Assembly (NCBI GenBank): GCA_965205865.1
Contig: CBDBHR010000028.1
Coordinates: forward strand, 352,001-416,000
From: a bacterium
GTDB lineage: Bacteria; SAR324; NAC60-12
Reading direction: 5' to 3'
Length of the DNA: 64,000 bases
Part shown: piece after piece, positions 60,717 through 64,000 of the stretch
How the letters are laid out: every line of letters begins with the position of its first letter
Position numbering within the stretch: the first letter of the stretch is position 1
Notes under the pieces: generated by a model
What the model was told of the DNA's origin: nothing
Databases searched by the model: none
Seen by the model: only the letters and a program-made list of their open reading frames with translations
Translations under genes and position numbers: made by a program

Positions 60717-63407
60717 TCAGAATCCGTATTTCAGTCTGCGAGTCTCAAATGCGTCCTTGCCTCCTTCGAGAATTTCCTCAACCATCTCCCGTACCGGACG
60801 CGCATCGATCGAACCCATATGATTGGGGTCGATGTGAGCATTTCCTCCATCCGCCTCTCCCAGAGCAGTAAGCCCTAGGATCAACTCCGCGTCTCCAAGC
60901 ACCGGGATGTTGGCGTTGTGGGTGGAGAAGATGAACTGACGCCGGCGTTTCTCCTCCCGCATCCTGGGGACCACGCCTTGGGTGATGAAGCGGTTGTCGA
61001 GGTCGTCCTCCGGTTGATCCACGATCAAGGGAGCGTCCGATTCGAGCAGCAGGAGCAGCAGTACCGCGGTTGCTTTCTGTCCCGTCGAGAGGGCTTCGAG
61101 CGTCTGCCATGACGGTGGTTCGCCGGCAGGCGCCGTGTTGAGACGGATTGACGTGGTGGGTAATAACTCCAGTTCTTCAATGCGCATCAAGACCTCTGGA
61201 GATCCTTCGGCAAGACGTTTCGCTTGAGCCGGTGGAATTGCGTATGCCCGGTGAACGGCTTCAGCCCCCATCCTGCAACACTCGACGAAATGTGGCAGAG
61301 AAAACTCCTTCTTCTTAAGGGCATCAATCACCTCGAAGAGACGGCCTCCGATCTCGTCACGCAGCACCCCGAACAACGGTTCTCGATCACCCGCTGCGGC
61401 GACCTCCACCCGGACGCGGTCATGCAGATTTCTGCCGACATTCTTCGCTGCCCGGTCAAGGAGACGGAATTCCTCCGCCTTGAGGTCTTCCCACTCTGCG
61501 AGCAGCGTACGACGCCGTTCCGTGTACTCCTTATTCAAGCGCTGTAACAGGGACGCGCGTTCTCGCAGTGGGCGAAGGCCTTCGATTTCGCGTCGCAGAC
61601 GGATGAACTCCTCGCCGTCCACCGCCGACTTCCGCAGTTCACGCAGGATTCTCTCGTAACCGGTCTGTACTTCGCGCTTGCGCTCATTCCACCGGCTGCG
61701 GATCTCATCGATCCCGCTATCAGCTTGCGCAAGCGCTGCCTCGAATCGGCTCACCAACTCCTCGAGGTCGAGGCTCAGACGTTCAAAGACGTCATTGGCG
61801 GCCGCGAGAATTTCCTTGCCCGGTAGATCCTCAAGGGCCCTTGGCGATAAGAACACGCGGTCGATGGGGATCTCCTGGCGGAGGATCTCCAGACACTCAC
61901 GGAGTGGCTCCAGACGCTCGGGAATCGAACCTAGTACGCGCTCTTCGCGGACGAGGAGGCTCTGCTCACGCAGCCGGTCTTCGAGTCCTGCTTCTCGAAA
62001 GCGTTCAATCGTCTCTTCGAGTCCGGGGAGAGTCGCCAAGCGTTCTTCGATCTGTCCGAGTTCGGTGCTTACTTCCAGCATCGACCGTCCGGTCTTCTCC
62101 AGGTCCCGGCGTAAGTCCACTTTGCGCCTGGACAGCGACGAGTCGCGTTCGACAAAGCGATCGAGCAAGCGTGTGAGTTTTTCACGACTCCTGGTGAGCT
62201 CGGAGATTTCGTGCTGCCCGTACACCTCGACACGGGGGAGTATCTCTTCGGGGAGCAGGTTCGAGACCTGGCCGCTTTCCTCGCGAACCACCGGAGGGTT
62301 CGGGACTGTTCTTTCGATCCGGTACTGTCTATTTGTCGGGCGGTGGGAGCGGACAAGGAGCGAGACTTTTGTCCCGCCCCGGAGCACGTGGCGCACAATC
62401 CCCTGGTGGGCTTTGCTAGCCTCTTCTCCAATGGGATCTAATCCGAGTACGTACCTCAGACTCTCGATGACCGTCGACTTGCCCGCGCCTCGCCCACCAA
62501 TCAGCACGTTCAGGTTCGGGTTGAAGTGAAAAGCCACGCCGTCCAGAAATCCGCCTTGCCAGGTCAGCGAGATGAGTTCAGCATGTTCTTCAGGCGGGGG
62601 ATCGCCGTTCAGACGAATTCTTGATTCCGGATCGAGAAAAGCCTGCCGCAGGCCCTCGATGCCAACTTCGGACATCTTGATCCAGCACATGGCCGAAGGA
62701 TCTTCCAGGTCCTCGGAATTCACGACGTCCTTTGCGTTGACCACGGCCACCGCCAGATTATCCCCCGCTGCGTGGAGTCGGCGGTAATCGGCGTTCTTGT
62801 TTTCAACGATCTGTAACGCACTTCGGGGCAATTCCTTGACAGGCCCCGGAATCTGAATTGCGAGCAGGTCTTTGCTCTGCCATGCTTTGATCCGGGCCTT
62901 TCCATCAAGGACGCTGAACAAACCGCTGTTGTTGGTTGCGTGCGCGGCGATTGTGATGCCACCCTGTGCTCGGACTTTTTCAAGTATTTCGACGAATGAC
63001 AGGCTCGAAAGGTCCGAAGAGGACTCTGTCACGTAAATCCCAAAATCACCAAGATACCGTCCGAGTGTCTCTTCTTCGGTGTCTGGTGAATAGATACAAA
63101 GAACGTGAACGCCTTCAGAGGAGGTAAGTTCAAATCCTGGAAATATCGTGATTCGATAGCCAGTAGCAGCGTTGCGGAATGCTTCAACTCCACTCACGTT
63201 ATTGTGATCAGTGATCGCGAGCGCCGAGACCCCAATTTCGGCGGCTTTCGCGACAATGGCATTGGCGTGAGATTCGACATCGCCTGCAGTCTCTTTGCCT
63301 CGAAACGTTTCGTTGTAGTGGTGGGGATTCACTTGGAGAGAGCAACGGTGAAACTCCGCGCCTCTCGGTAACTTGCTTGATTTCTCACTACAGCCATTGA
63401 AATTCAC
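60717..63407 (-). CDS. PHP phosphoesterase + SMC-like ATPase (Ppl/TrlF-like)
   Basis: AITDHN, GFEL..GVH, GGRGAGKST, coiled coil, LSTGQ, DQPEDDLDN, STHNAN and LEGG motifs; GTG overlaps the helicase TGA. Confidence 0.88.
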   Translation of the reverse strand: MNFNGCSEKSSKLPRGAEFHRCSLQVNPHHYNETFRGKETAGDVESHANAIVAKAAEIGVSALAITDHNNVSGVEAFRNAATGYRITIFPGFELTSSEGVHVLCIYSPDTEEETLGRYLGDFGIYVTESSSDLSSLSFVEILEKVRAQGGITIAAHATNNSGLFSVLDGKARIKAWQSKDLLAIQIPGPVKELPRSALQIVENKNADYRRLHAAGDNLAVAVVNAKDVVNSEDLEDPSAMCWIKMSEVGIEGLRQAFLDPESRIRLNGDPPPEEHAELISLTWQGGFLDGVAFHFNPNLNVLIGGRGAGKSTVIESLRYVLGLDPIGEEASKAHQGIVRHVLRGGTKVSLLVRSHRPTNRQYRIERTVPNPPVVREESGQVSNLLPEEILPRVEVYGQHEISELTRSREKLTRLLDRFVERDSSLSRRKVDLRRDLEKTGRSMLEVSTELGQIEERLATLPGLEETIERFREAGLEDRLREQSLLVREERVLGSIPERLEPLRECLEILRQEIPIDRVFLSPRALEDLPGKEILAAANDVFERLSLDLEELVSRFEAALAQADSGIDEIRSRWNERKREVQTGYERILRELRKSAVDGEEFIRLRREIEGLRPLRERASLLQRLNKEYTERRRTLLAEWEDLKAEEFRLLDRAAKNVGRNLHDRVRVEVAAAGDREPLFGVLRDEIGGRLFEVIDALKKKEFSLPHFVECCRMGAEAVHRAYAIPPAQAKRLAEGSPEVLMRIEELELLPTTSIRLNTAPAGEPPSWQTLEALSTGQKATAVLLLLLLESDAPLIVDQPEDDLDNRFITQGVVPRMREEKRRRQFIFSTHNANIPVLGDAELILGLTALGEADGGNAHIDPNHMGSIDARPVREMVEEILEGGKDAFETRRLKYGF

Positions 63408-64000
63408 GTTTTTCCTCCAAAAGGTGGCGTGTGCTCCCGCACTTGCATTGGTTGGGTCAGGGCGTTGACCTCTAGCCAATAGTGCTGCACCTTGGTGACC
63501 TGGTGCCAGGGAAAGCGGGCGGGATTACTGACCGGCTCCTGAAGTTCAGGCGTGCTCGCGCAGTTGGTGACCACGTAGAGCCAGTAGCAGTCGGGACGGT
63601 CCTCGGCGACGCGCCGTTCATTCGGCGTGAGCAGGATGGTGCCGGTAGTGGCGGAGAGCCCCTTGACCTCGATCAAACGCAGTTCTCCGGATTCCACGTC
63701 GAGACTGGTCACATCGTAGCCCAGGTTTTTCTCGTGCACGTCGTATACCTGTCTACCCCGGACCTTTTCGTGCTCCATGACCAGCCGCATGGCGATCATT
63801 TCGGTCTCGGCGCTGGGTCGCAGGCGTCGCACCTCCGGGGAGTCAGCTTCCGGATGGGGCAGAACCAGGATGCTGGCCAAACGCTGGACTCCTTGTAGTG
63901 TCAGCGCTCGCTGCTGCGCAAGTTCCTGCCGACGCCGGTCACGTCGCGCCAGTGCTTCGTCATGACGGGCTTCCGCTTGTGAGAGGCGTCCCTCGGCACC
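63404..64000 (-). CDS. C-terminus of a DUF3883-tailed (probably SNF2) helicase, partial
   Basis: LGYDVTS...IEVKG...LTPNE...YWLYVV DUF3883 motif; ORF is open to the window edge. Helicase identity is inferred from the DUF1156/DUF499 context. Confidence 0.8.
   Translation of the reverse strand, partial: GAEGRLSQAEARHDEALARRDRRRQELAQQRALTLQGVQRLASILVLPHPEADSPEVRRLRPSAETEMIAMRLVMEHEKVRGRQVYDVHEKNLGYDVTSLDVESGELRLIEVKGLSATTGTILLTPNERRVAEDRPDCYWLYVVTNCASTPELQEPVSNPARFPWHQVTKVQHYWLEVNALTQPMQVREHTPPFGGKT

Overview
Bacterial window with an AT-richer host background and GC-rich acquired genes; the taxon cannot be fixed from sequence alone. The left half (1-30 kb) is an accessory region. It holds a small catabolic operon, two paralogous peptide/nickel-type ABC operons without ATPase genes, several IS/MITE remnants, and a fragmented integrase-less integron array (attC sites with hicBA, ribokinase, higA and an unknown cassette). 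It also holds three ORF-less group II introns, two of them group IIC-like introns sitting exactly at the TTGT/T site of attC sites. The middle (30-48.7 kb) is mostly housekeeping: tkt-rpiA-rpe-gap, a BMP-family ABC transporter, oxidoreductases and an ECF sigma factor. The right end (48.8-64 kb) is a DUF499 / DUF1156 methylase / DUF3883-helicase restriction-like operon with defence-type ATPase cargo inserted between the core genes. The most striking pattern is that several cargo junctions carry a diverged copy of a core-gene terminus. These copies form small ORFs that overlap neighbouring start/stop codons, as if the operon grew by stacking cargo from related alleles. Similar stacked gene termini and promoter blocks occur at both ABC operons. 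All family assignments come from motif recognition by eye; no searches were run.
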